Assembly (NCBI GenBank): GCA_934162655.1
Contig: CAKPJL010000002.1
Span: 20,089-84,088, forward strand
Length of the DNA: 64,000 nt
Direction of reading: 5' to 3'
Origin: an uncultured Clostridia bacterium
Lineage (GTDB): Bacteria; Bacillota; Clostridia; TANB77; CAG-465
Shown: positions 29,153-38,848 of the stretch, in pieces
How positions within the stretch are numbered: the stretch's first letter is position 1
Layout: each line of letters opens with the position of its first letter
Position numbers and translations under genes: made by a program
Notes under the pieces: generated by a model
Database searches by the model: none
Seen by the model: only the letters and a program-made list of their open reading frames with translations
What the model was told of the DNA's origin: nothing

Positions 29153-29818
29153 TTAATTTTCCCAAATTCCAACTTTATTTGTTTTAGCTGTCTTTTGAGC
29201 TTCTACAAGTTTTGAAAGTAGGCTTGTATTAGTTTTTTCGATTTTTACAATTGCAAGACCGTTTTTTAATAAAGTTTCATTATATGAAATATCATCATCT
29301 AAGTAAACATATCCATAAACTTGTCCGCCTTTAACTCTTAATTTATCAAAAGCTAATCTTACTTGCTTACCTTCTAAATTTTCTTTTATTGTTTCGTTAA
29401 TATTTGCTGGTGATCTAGAATAATCTATACCTATAAGGTTTATTTCATAATATCTAGAGCCTAGAAATACTACTATTGAATTGTTATCAGTTACAGATTC
29501 TACTTTACAAGGATCAGTTTTTCCTAAAATATCTAGATTTTTTAGAGTAGCAGTTAGACCGCGTGATATCTCTATATCAATTTTATCTAGTCCTTCTTCT
29601 TGTTCTTGATCTATATTTTGTAAACTATCGTTTTCAATTGTAGTAATATTTTCTTCTACTTTATTTTCAGCAGATATTACTTCATTTGGTTTGGAGCTTT
29701 TCAAAGTAGAACAATATATGCATACTCCACTAACGATTAGAGCTACTGATAATACAGCAATCCCTATTTTAGGACCATATTGTCTAATATAGAAATCAGA
29801 TTTACTATCATAATACAT
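29153..29818 (-). CDS. membrane-anchored thermonuclease (SNase-like)
   Basis: N-terminal TM helix. SNase motifs INLIGIDYS, GQVYGYVYLDD, NETLLKNGLA, C-terminal KVGIWEN. Confidence 0.75.
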   Translation of the reverse strand: MYYDSKSDFYIRQYGPKIGIAVLSVALIVSGVCIYCSTLKSSKPNEVISAENKVEENITTIENDSLQNIDQEQEEGLDKIDIEISRGLTATLKNLDILGKTDPCKVESVTDNNSIVVFLGSRYYEINLIGIDYSRSPANINETIKENLEGKQVRLAFDKLRVKGGQVYGYVYLDDDISYNETLLKNGLAIVKIEKTNTSLLSKLVEAQKTAKTNKVGIWEN

Positions 29819-29941
29819 ATTTTACCTCCACATGAACAACTCACAAATTTATTATAGCATTATTTTTATGTAAAGTCAATAGAAGAATGTAAAAAAATTA
29901 AAAAATGTTTACAAAATTATGTAAACATTTTCTATTATATA

Positions 29942-30667
29942 TTAAATATCTGCATTATGCCAAACATTTTGAACATCTTCATTATCCTCAAGTTTGTCTA
30001 AGAAATTTTGAACCTTCTCCTCTTCCTCTTCGCTTAGCTCTTTTTTTAGATTTGCTATTTGTCTTACATCTGCCTCTACTAGACTAAGTCCTTTTGATTC
30101 TAAAACATCTTTTACGGCTGAGAAATTCTCAGGAGATGTAAATATTTCAAAATACTCGTCATCTGACACAAAGTCTTCTGCACCAGCATCTAACACTTCA
30201 AGCATTAAATCGTCTTCTGAAATGTTATCTGAACGCTCAATTAAAATATATCCTTTTTTATTGAACATATATGATACAGAACCTGTTTGCCCTAAATTTC
30301 CACCAGATTTACTAAAAATGCATCTTATATCTGCTGCTGCCCTATTTCTGTTATCTGTCATAGCTTCTACTATAACAGCAATACCACATGGTCCAAAACC
30401 TTCATATGTTATCTCCTCATAATTTGCTGTATTAGAATCCCCCAATGCTTTTTGAATACATCTATTAATATTATCATTTGGCATGTTGTTTGCTTTAGCT
30501 TTTGATATTACATCTTTTAATTTTGAATTAACATTTGGATCTCCACTGCCACCCATTTTAACTGCAACAGTTAACTCCTTTCCTATTTTTGTAAATATTG
30601 CACCTTTTTTTGCATCAGTTGCCTCTTTTTTTCTTTTTATATTTGCCCATTTACTATGTCCTGACAT
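29942..30667 (-). CDS. yebC: YebC/PmpR family DNA-binding regulator
   Basis: MSGHSKWANIKRKK start and full-length YebC similarity. Palindromic terminator at 29905-29935. Confidence 0.9.
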   Translation of the reverse strand: MSGHSKWANIKRKKEATDAKKGAIFTKIGKELTVAVKMGGSGDPNVNSKLKDVISKAKANNMPNDNINRCIQKALGDSNTANYEEITYEGFGPCGIAVIVEAMTDNRNRAAADIRCIFSKSGGNLGQTGSVSYMFNKKGYILIERSDNISEDDLMLEVLDAGAEDFVSDDEYFEIFTSPENFSAVKDVLESKGLSLVEADVRQIANLKKELSEEEEEKVQNFLDKLEDNEDVQNVWHNADI

Positions 30668-30798
30668 AAAAATCCTCCTTAAATAATTTTTAATATTATA
30701 TCATAATTTATTATTTTTGTGTAGTATATTTAGTAAATTTAATTATTATTAATAAAAAAAGGAAGATATATTTATCTTCCTTAATTTTTTTCTGCTTT

Positions 30799-30951
30799 TT
30801 ATTTCTCTAAAACATCGAGTTCCTCTTCATCCAGTTCAGGTATCTCATCAAGTGCTTTGTAGCATTTAATTTCCTGAATTATTCTTAAAACATTTGCTAC
30901 TATTCCTGTGATGAGAAGTGCATAGGAAAGAATTTTAAAGCAGTTTTTCAT
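30799..30951 (-). CDS. 50-aa small protein with one predicted TM helix (MKNCFKILSYALLITGIVANVLRII...)
   Basis: AAGGAG 8 nt upstream of ATG. Followed by a strong bidirectional terminator at ~30762-30792. Below the ORF-track size cutoff. Confidence 0.35.
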   Translation of the reverse strand: MKNCFKILSYALLITGIVANVLRIIQEIKCYKALDEIPELDEEELDVLEK

Positions 30952-31045
30952 TTTTTTTAGTTCTCCTTATACATTAGTATTTAGTTTTTTAACAAAACTA
31001 TATTAACATTATAGCACTTTTTTTTAAAATGTCAAATTATGCAAA

Positions 31046-31558
31046 TTAATAGAGAAATCTGTAAATTTTATAATTAGAAATCACATTATTAAAATATGTT
31101 CTTGTTTCTTTATAAGGGATGTTTGTATAGTCTTTATATGTAAAATTACTATCAATTATCCCCTCTTCTATCCATTTATCTACATTTCCAAGACCTGCGT
31201 TATATGCACATATTGCTAAGTAGTAATTTCCATTATAGCGTTTTATTAAATCACTAAAATATTTTGTACCAATAGTAATATTTATTCTTACATCATAAAG
31301 GTCTTCTTTATCTAAATTTTCTACCAAATTTAATTCATCATTTATTTCAAAAGCTGTTGAATATAGTATTTGCATAAGGCCATACGCCTCTTTTTTAGAA
31401 ACAGCAAATGTACTAAAGTTACTCTCTGCCTTTATTATGCTAAGTATTAAATATGGATCAATTCCAAATGAACTACATGAGTTAATAGTTTCAATATAAG
31501 TATTCTTAAATATAAATTTCATAGAAAATAACTTTAACATATTAGTTAATAAAAGCAT
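31046..31558 (-). CDS. lytic transglycosylase (SLT domain)
   Basis: ES...AYGLMQI...YNAG catalytic motifs. N-terminal hydrophobic segment. Confidence 0.75.
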   Translation of the reverse strand: MLLLTNMLKLFSMKFIFKNTYIETINSCSSFGIDPYLILSIIKAESNFSTFAVSKKEAYGLMQILYSTAFEINDELNLVENLDKEDLYDVRINITIGTKYFSDLIKRYNGNYYLAICAYNAGLGNVDKWIEEGIIDSNFTYKDYTNIPYKETRTYFNNVISNYKIYRFLY

Positions 31559-31614
31559 AACAATAATAATTATTATTAGTGTCTTTAATATTTTTTTTAT
31601 TTTAACTACCTCCG

Positions 31615-34386
31615 TTACTTTGCTTCATACCAATTAGTACCAACATTTAAATCAACTGTTAAAGGGACTTTTAATTTTATTACATTTTCCATTTCCTCTT
31701 TTAATATTTTGCTTGCAATTTCTATTTCATCTTTTGGAGACTCAATAAGTAGTTCATCATGAACTTGCATTATAAGTTTTGATTTTAGATTGTTTTTTAT
31801 TAATCTTTTATATATTCTATTCATTGCAAGCTTAATTATGTCTGCTGCACTTCCTTGTATTGGAGTGTTCATAGCTATTCTTTCTCCAAATTTAACTAAA
31901 TTTTTGTTTTTGCTCTCTAATTCTTTTATATATCTTCTTCTTCCAAATATAGTTGTCACAAATCCTTGTTCTTTTGCTTTTATAACTATGTCATTCATAA
32001 ACTTAGATATACCATTATATTTTTTTAAATAGTTATCAATATAGACTTTGGCTTCATTTGGCGTTGAAGAAATGTTTTTAGAAAGACCATATTGACTTAT
32101 ACCATAGACTATACCAAAATTTACTGCCTTAGCTTTTCTTCTTAGTTCAGGAGTTACACTATTTATTTCCACATTAAATACTTGTGAAGCCGTTGATGTA
32201 TGAATATCTATATTGTTATTGAACGCATTAATCATCTTCTCATCATTTGAAATATCTGCAAGCATTCTAAGTTCTATTTGAGAATAATCTGCATCAAGTA
32301 TTAAACTATTATTATTTGTCGCTGTAAAAAATGTCCTTATTTTCCCGCCAATTTCTTGCCTTATAGGGATGTTTTGTAAATTCGGTTCCACACTACTAAG
32401 TCTACCAGTTGAAGTTACAGTTTGCATAAATGTAGTATGAATTCTACTGTCATTTTCAATTTTTTCTTTTAGTGCATCTACAAAAGTAGATTTTAATTTA
32501 CTTAGCGTTCTAAATTTTATTATATGAGATATTATCTCATGTTCTCCTTCTAAGCTTTCCAAAACTTCTTTATCAGTGGAATAACCAGTCTTTGTTTTTT
32601 TGGCACCTTTAAGATTTAATTTTTCAAATAAAATTATCCCTAACTGTTTAGGAGAATTTATATTAAATTGTTCACCTGCGAGCTCATATATTTTTAAAGT
32701 GATGTTTTCAAGTTCTTTTGTTATGAAAATGTCGAATTCTTCAATCTTTTTTGTGTCTACATGCATACCAATGTGTTCCATACTTGCAAGTGTTGTACAA
32801 AGTGGCATTTCTATATCATTAAATAACTTTAACATATCATTGTTTTCAAGTTGCAAAGTTATATCTTTTTTTGAATTATATAAGCATTTAATTATCATAG
32901 AAATATTTGAAATTTCTTTTTTGTATATGTTATTAAATTCATTATTGTTTTGTAACTCATCAAATAAATTTAACTGAACATTATTTGTGGAAATATTGGT
33001 ATCTAAAATTATACCGTATAAATCATCTAAAATATATTCTAATTTATAATTTGATTTTGTACTTTCAAGTAAATAATATGCAATCATTATATCAAAGTCA
33101 AAGTTAGATATATTATCTACATAATTAAAGAAATATCTAATGTCTTGTTTTATGTTATAACCTATTTTGCTAGATTTTGACTCTACAAATAGTTTTATTA
33201 TATCAGCATACAATGAACTATTTAAAGCTTTTATTTTTTCTAGATTCATAATAATAGATGTGTCTAATAAATTATCGTAAATACAAAGAATTTCACAATC
33301 AATTTCTAATGCTTTATTAAAGTATGAAAGACTAGGGTTATTGTACAGGTAAGACACATCTTCCCTATTTAATATATCTACTAAGTAATCAAATTTTTCT
33401 TTTATATTGCTTTCATCTATAATTAATGTATCTTTAACATTATCTATTTTTATATGTTTGTTTTCATCTTGCAATTTTTCATGGTCTATTGAATTTATAT
33501 TACTAAAATCAAATTTAGCAATGAATTTTGAAAATTCTAGCTTTTTAAATATTTTGTATGTTTCATTAAGGTTAGGTGTAGCTAGTTTACACTTAGAATA
33601 GTCAATATCTATTGGCACATCCAAAACTATTGTTGCAAGTGTTTTTGACATATAAGCATTTTGCTTGTCTGTAATTAATTTATTTTTTACACTTGGAGTT
33701 ATGTTAATAGAGGCATCATTTTGTAAAGCTAAATATAGTTCATCAATAGTTTTATAATTTTCTATTAGAAAATATGCAGTTTTTTCGCCTACACCTTTTA
33801 CACCAGGAATATTATCTGATGAGTCTCCCATCAATGCTTTTACCTCAATTACTTGGTATGGTTCAATACCGTATGTAGCTTTTAAAAGCTCTGGTGTATA
33901 TAAATTATATTCTGTTTTACTACCACCATTTTTAGGTAAAATTACAGTGGTATTTTCAGATATTAATTGAAATGAATCTCTGTCACCAGTTAATATATAT
34001 GTGAATATGCCTTTTTCTTTATTTTTAGAGGCAACAGTACCAAGTACATCGTCTGCTTCATATCCCTCTATTTGTATTATACTTACATTTAGTGCTTTTA
34101 AAACATCTTTAATTACAGGAACTTGCTCCTTTAGTTCATCTGGCATAGGTTTTCTTTGTGCCTTGTATTTATCATACATTTCATGTCTAAATGTTGGTGC
34201 CTTTAAATCAAATGAAACAGCTACATAATCGGGTTTAAATTTTTCTTCAATCATCCAAAATATATTTAAAAATCCGTATATAGCATTAGTGTGAATACCT
34301 GCTATTTTGGATGTCATTTTAGCATTAACACCATAAAATGCTCTATTTAATATACTATTACCATCAACTATTAAAAATTTTTCCAT
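31615..34386 (-). CDS. polA: DNA polymerase I
   Basis: 5'-nuclease N-domain (LIVDGNS...), motifs DYSQIELR and QVHDEL in pol domain. Start placed at MEKFLIVDG (AGGAG 10 nt upstream) rather than the track's 34425. Confidence 0.9.
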   Translation of the reverse strand: MEKFLIVDGNSILNRAFYGVNAKMTSKIAGIHTNAIYGFLNIFWMIEEKFKPDYVAVSFDLKAPTFRHEMYDKYKAQRKPMPDELKEQVPVIKDVLKALNVSIIQIEGYEADDVLGTVASKNKEKGIFTYILTGDRDSFQLISENTTVILPKNGGSKTEYNLYTPELLKATYGIEPYQVIEVKALMGDSSDNIPGVKGVGEKTAYFLIENYKTIDELYLALQNDASINITPSVKNKLITDKQNAYMSKTLATIVLDVPIDIDYSKCKLATPNLNETYKIFKKLEFSKFIAKFDFSNINSIDHEKLQDENKHIKIDNVKDTLIIDESNIKEKFDYLVDILNREDVSYLYNNPSLSYFNKALEIDCEILCIYDNLLDTSIIMNLEKIKALNSSLYADIIKLFVESKSSKIGYNIKQDIRYFFNYVDNISNFDFDIMIAYYLLESTKSNYKLEYILDDLYGIILDTNISTNNVQLNLFDELQNNNEFNNIYKKEISNISMIIKCLYNSKKDITLQLENNDMLKLFNDIEMPLCTTLASMEHIGMHVDTKKIEEFDIFITKELENITLKIYELAGEQFNINSPKQLGIILFEKLNLKGAKKTKTGYSTDKEVLESLEGEHEIISHIIKFRTLSKLKSTFVDALKEKIENDSRIHTTFMQTVTSTGRLSSVEPNLQNIPIRQEIGGKIRTFFTATNNNSLILDADYSQIELRMLADISNDEKMINAFNNNIDIHTSTASQVFNVEINSVTPELRRKAKAVNFGIVYGISQYGLSKNISSTPNEAKVYIDNYLKKYNGISKFMNDIVIKAKEQGFVTTIFGRRRYIKELESKNKNLVKFGERIAMNTPIQGSAADIIKLAMNRIYKRLIKNNLKSKLIMQVHDELLIESPKDEIEIASKILKEEMENVIKLKVPLTVDLNVGTNWYEAK

Positions 34387-34444
34387 ATTAAAATATCTCC
34401 TAAAATATACTTTGTATTTTATCATATAAGTATATATATATCAA

Positions 34445-34480
34445 ATAAAAATAAAGATGAATATAAAATTCATCTTTATT
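34445..34480 (-). terminator. rho-independent terminator upstream of polA promoter
   Basis: aaagatgaat/attcatcttt stem with T-run on the minus strand. polA promoter ttgata-17-taaaat follows on the minus strand. Confidence 0.5.
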
Positions 34481-34523
34481 TAGTATTAAACTACTTTTTA
34501 TTATTTATTTGAAAAAACAAGTA

Positions 34524-35060
34524 TTATATCCAACGCCACCACTCACCATTTATTTCATCAATACACTTTACTATTACATATATTATTGCTACGCTTATAG
34601 TAATAAATATTGATCCAAGTATTACCAATAATATAAACGCTACAACAAAGAACGGTGGAACATACTCTGCACTTACCACACTTATTTTAACATCTTCTAT
34701 GTGATATTCGGGTATGATTTTTAGTTCATTAACTAAATTAACTATTGATACATTATTATGAAAGTAAATAGTCAAAGGTCTGTCCTCTATTATCTCATCA
34801 GAATTTTTGAAATATACGGTAGCATGAATGGCAGCAGATGTTACATCTACATCATCTGCTACATTTGTTATAGTAGCAGTTCCAGTTACAAATTCATAAT
34901 TGTAATCAAATATCGCATTATCTACGCTATGGCTGGGATTAATAACAATTAAGCAAATCATTAAAATAATAAGTATTGCCAATGCCAATAAAGCAAAAAC
35001 ACATCCTTTTACTCCCCGCTCTTTCATCGCTAAACTAGTTGCTTCTAAAAGTTTTCCCAT
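34524..35060 (-). CDS. hypothetical membrane protein (2 TM helices)
   Basis: N- and C-terminal hydrophobic helices. No motif recognised. Confidence 0.45.
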   Translation of the reverse strand: MGKLLEATSLAMKERGVKGCVFALLALAILIILMICLIVINPSHSVDNAIFDYNYEFVTGTATITNVADDVDVTSAAIHATVYFKNSDEIIEDRPLTIYFHNNVSIVNLVNELKIIPEYHIEDVKISVVSAEYVPPFFVVAFILLVILGSIFITISVAIIYVIVKCIDEINGEWWRWI

Positions 35061-35188
35061 AATTTTCTCCTTATAATTAATTAATATTTTATATATAAAC
35101 TTGCATTAGCAAGAATGCTTTTATGTAAAATACACATTGATTATAACATATTATTGCACAAAAGTCAAGCAAAGGTAGGAGGCCTTGC

Positions 35189-36346
35189 TCATATGAATTT
35201 TTCAAATACTAAGTTTGCAACTTCCTCTCCTCTTTTAGTAAGTCTAAGATTTTGATAGTTTTGATCATATGTTAAAAGTCCTAAATTTATTAGTTCATCT
35301 ATTTCGGTTTTAAATAAATCATCTACCTTTTTACCATATTTTTTATAGAATTTTAATGTATTAACCCCACTTTTTAGTCTCAAATTTAGCATAATATATT
35401 CTTTCATTAAATCTAGACTATCCATTTGTATAGATTCTTTTATGTAATTTTTATTTGTTAAAATGGCATCTATATATTTATTAATATCTGTGATATTAGA
35501 GTATCTAGTACCGTTAATAAAGCTAGAAGCGTTAAGACCAAAACCTAAATAGCTTTCTTGTCTCCAATATGTTAGATTATGTTTAGATTTGTAACCTAAA
35601 ACAGAATAGTTGGATATTTCATATTTATTAAAACCACTGCTTTCTAGTTTTGCATTTATATATTCTCTCATTTTATACTCTTCATCTTCGTCACAAAGTG
35701 TTAAATATCCTTCATTTATTAGAAAATCAAGTTTTGTTCCTTTATGTACTTCTAAATTATATATAGATATATGTTTTATGTTATATTTGCTTTTTAGACT
35801 GACCACCTCATCTATTTCATTTTTTAGCATATCATATGACATATTGGGAAGTGGATACATTAGGTCACAAGATATATTATCAAATCCTACTTTGTTTAGT
35901 ATTAACAGTGAATTTATAAAGTCATTATAATTGTGCTTTCTCCCAATTACTTTTAATACTTCATCATATATTGATTGTAATCCCAAACTTATACGATTAA
36001 TTCCAATTTCTTTATATACTTGTGCTTTTTTATAGTTAAGTGAACAAGGATTTACTTCAATTGTTATTTCTTCTATTTTGTCTTTATCAGTTAGCATATA
36101 AATAGTATCTAATATTTGTTTTATATAGTTTTCATTAATATAACTTGGAGTTCCACCCCCAATATAAATTGTTTTTACCTTTTTTAGGCTGATTATCTCT
36201 GAATTTGATAGTATTTCTAGACAAAGTGCATCAATATATTTTTTTATCTTACTTTCGTTAATTTCTTGATATGATATAAAATCGCAATAATGACATTTAG
36301 ACATGCAAAAAGGTATATGAATATAAATAGCTAATTCTTCTTCCAT
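35189..36346 (-). CDS. hemW: radical SAM heme chaperone HemW (HemN-like)
   Basis: CxxxCxxC (CMSKCHYCDF) near N-terminus. HemN-like C-domain. Confidence 0.8.
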   Translation of the reverse strand: MEEELAIYIHIPFCMSKCHYCDFISYQEINESKIKKYIDALCLEILSNSEIISLKKVKTIYIGGGTPSYINENYIKQILDTIYMLTDKDKIEEITIEVNPCSLNYKKAQVYKEIGINRISLGLQSIYDEVLKVIGRKHNYNDFINSLLILNKVGFDNISCDLMYPLPNMSYDMLKNEIDEVVSLKSKYNIKHISIYNLEVHKGTKLDFLINEGYLTLCDEDEEYKMREYINAKLESSGFNKYEISNYSVLGYKSKHNLTYWRQESYLGFGLNASSFINGTRYSNITDINKYIDAILTNKNYIKESIQMDSLDLMKEYIMLNLRLKSGVNTLKFYKKYGKKVDDLFKTEIDELINLGLLTYDQNYQNLRLTKRGEEVANLVFEKFI

Positions 36347-36424
36347 AAACTTCTCCTTAAATTATTGGTATTATATCATAAAATTTGAATAAAATATACT
36401 AATATTTTTTTGGAGGTAGATTTT

Positions 36425-37297
36425 ATGATATTTAAAGGTTCAGGTGTAGCGCTTGTTACACCGTTTAATAAAGATTTTTCGATTAATTTTGAAAAATTAG
36501 AAGAGTTATTAAAATTTCATATTAAAAATAAAACAGATGCAATTATAATTTTAGGTACAACAGGAGAATCTGCTACTCTTACAGATGAAGAGAAATTTAA
36601 AATTATAGATTTTTCTATAAATATAACTAAAGGAAAAATTCCATTAATTGTTGGCACTGGATCAAATGACACAGCTCCTGCGATTAAAATATCAAAGTAT
36701 GCAGCTTCAAAAAATGTAGATGGTGTTTTAATTGTAACGCCTTATTACAATAAAACTTCTCAAGACGGTTTATATCTCCATTATGAAAAAATAGCAAAAA
36801 GTATTCCTGATACTCCTATAATATTATATAATGTTCCATCCCGTACAGGAGTAGATATTAATGTTGAAACAATAGAAAAACTAGCACTAATAAAAAACAT
36901 TGTAGGCATTAAAGAGGCAAGTCAGGATTTATCTAAAATTGCTAAATTGCAAAGTCTTAGCATTGAGGGATTTTCACTATATTCAGGAAATGATGATTTA
37001 ACCCTTCCATTGTTAAGTATTGGTGCAGATGGTGTAATATCGGTATTTGCTAATATAAAGCCGGCACTTATGCATGAAATATGTAGTCTATATTTTGAAG
37101 GAAAGATAGATGAAGCAAAAATATTATATTATAAAAATCTTAGACTAATGCAAAATCTATTTTTGGATGTAAATCCAATACCTATTAAAGAGGCACTAAA
37201 TTATTTAGGTTTTGGTGTTGGTCCTTTAAGACTACCACTATGCCAGATGAGTAAATTAAAAAGGGAAAAACTTTTTGAAATAATTGACAATACATAA
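36425..37297 (+). CDS. dapA: 4-hydroxy-tetrahydrodipicolinate synthase
   Basis: GSGVALVTPF, GTTGESATLT, active-site Lys region. ATG 36425 after GGAGGT. Confidence 0.85.
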   Translation: MIFKGSGVALVTPFNKDFSINFEKLEELLKFHIKNKTDAIIILGTTGESATLTDEEKFKIIDFSINITKGKIPLIVGTGSNDTAPAIKISKYAASKNVDGVLIVTPYYNKTSQDGLYLHYEKIAKSIPDTPIILYNVPSRTGVDINVETIEKLALIKNIVGIKEASQDLSKIAKLQSLSIEGFSLYSGNDDLTLPLLSIGADGVISVFANIKPALMHEICSLYFEGKIDEAKILYYKNLRLMQNLFLDVNPIPIKEALNYLGFGVGPLRLPLCQMSKLKREKLFEIIDNT

Positions 37298-37339
37298 AAA
37301 TGCTAGCTAGTACCAAAATACTAGCTAGTTATTTTAATT

Positions 37340-37720
37340 TTAAAAAACATTTCCTATGTGAACTTCTTGTTTTTCTACTATATGATATATTTTTCTTTCA
37401 ACCTCACATAAAGAAAGGTATGCCTCTTCTTCGTCTTCTTTTTGTAAGTATAATTTATATTCTAAAATTGATTTATCCATATCTTCTATCTCATCATGAT
37501 CCACATATATTGACCATATTTGCTTTAAATTTTTCCATGTAGATTCAAGGGCGTCAAAGTGAGATTTGGCAAGATCAATATTATTACTATTTAATGCTTG
37601 CCTAGAATAATCTACATCTGATAATAAATATCTTGAAGTTTTTTGTAGGTAACATATTTCAAAAAAACCAGCCCATATAATTAGTGCGACAGCTATTATT
37701 AAAATTATCCATTGTTTCAT
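37340..37720 (-). CDS. DUF4363-like membrane protein
   Basis: Single N-terminal TM helix. Classic pairing with the downstream DUF421 gene. Confidence 0.45.
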   Translation of the reverse strand: MKQWIILIIAVALIIWAGFFEICYLQKTSRYLLSDVDYSRQALNSNNIDLAKSHFDALESTWKNLKQIWSIYVDHDEIEDMDKSILEYKLYLQKEDEEEAYLSLCEVERKIYHIVEKQEVHIGNVF

Positions 37721-38361
37721 TACTTTGTCACCTCACCCTTTAGTTGATAGATAAACTCATTATTTTCATCAATTGTACCAATAAGTATATCTTCTGCTTT
37801 CAATTTTTTTTCTTTAAGTATTTTTTCTAACTCATCTTTACTAATCCCTAAGAAGTTTAAATGTACATCTGATATACTTCCATCTTCTATTACATTTAGT
37901 GGCATTCTATCCATTCCATCTGAAAATTTGATGACACTTAAATTTCCGTTTGTTTCTACCACGCCGTATTTTACATCTTGTATTTTAAATACATCTCTAT
38001 CACGTAAAAGTGTCATTATATCTGCTAGAGTGTATTGATGCTTTTTAAACTCCTCCTCTACTATTTTTCCATCTCTTATAATAACAGACATTGTACCACA
38101 TACTACATCTTCAATTTTATTTGAAGAGTGTGTTATAAGTGAAAATATAATATACATTATTAAAAGTGCAATTATTGGTATTATACCATCAAAAATAGAA
38201 ATTCCTCTAGAAGACATTGGTGCAGATGAAAGGTCAGCGATAACAACGATTATGGCAAGTTCAAATGGTTGAACCTTAGAAAGCTCTTTTTTCCCCATAA
38301 GTCTAATTACAATGAATACAACTGCATATAAAATTAATGCTCTAAATAATACTATAAACAT
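37720..38361 (-). CDS. DUF421 (YetF-like) membrane protein
   Basis: Two N-terminal TM helices plus a YetF C-domain-like region (VIRDGKI...). Confidence 0.55.
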   Translation of the reverse strand: MFIVLFRALILYAVVFIVIRLMGKKELSKVQPFELAIIVVIADLSSAPMSSRGISIFDGIIPIIALLIMYIIFSLITHSSNKIEDVVCGTMSVIIRDGKIVEEEFKKHQYTLADIMTLLRDRDVFKIQDVKYGVVETNGNLSVIKFSDGMDRMPLNVIEDGSISDVHLNFLGISKDELEKILKEKKLKAEDILIGTIDENNEFIYQLKGEVTK

Positions 38362-38445
38362 TTTTAAATCACCTTGTAAGTATTTTTTGCATAAACTTTA
38401 AAATATATACCAAAATAATATTAACAAATTATTTTGGAGGTATTT

Positions 38446-38814
38446 ATGGAAGAAATGTTAAAATATAAAAGATCAAGTAATGCACTAAGAATAACACAAA
38501 TGATTATAAGACTTATATCTTCTATTTCAATATTTGCAATAACTGTATTTTTTACTCCTAATTTTCAAATTGCCTCTTTTCCAATACTAATTATTTCTAG
38601 TATAGTAATAATTTTACTAGATTATATAATGTCAATACTTACCGGTATACACGACATACCAATTGGAAGAGGATTTGTAGGTTTTATATCAGCTGCAATT
38701 ATTATATATATAACTCAGTTTTTTGTTGACGGCTATTATATATCTATAACTTCTAGTTTAATAGCGGCTGCAATGTATGGTATAATAGACTTTATTTTAC
38801 CAAATAAAGAATAA
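38446..38814 (+). CDS. DUF360/YvlD-like (phage-holin-4 superfamily) membrane protein
   Basis: Four hydrophobic helices with a GRGFVGF-type segment. ATG 38446 after GGAGG. Confidence 0.45.
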   Translation: MEEMLKYKRSSNALRITQMIIRLISSISIFAITVFFTPNFQIASFPILIISSIVIILLDYIMSILTGIHDIPIGRGFVGFISAAIIIYITQFFVDGYYISITSSLIAAAMYGIIDFILPNKE

Positions 38815-38848
38815 AAAATGGGGAAAGCATTTATTCCCCATTATATTT

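Noticed and set aside
29905-30087. 60-aa plus-strand ORF overlapping the 3' end of yebC
   Set aside because: It starts inside the yebC terminator palindrome and runs antisense to yebC. It is not a gene.
34387-34425. 13-codon 5' extension of polA in the ORF track (MIKYKVYFRRYFN)
   Set aside because: MEKFLIVDG at 34386 has a proper AGGAG spacing and matches the conserved PolA N-terminus. The extension has no RBS.
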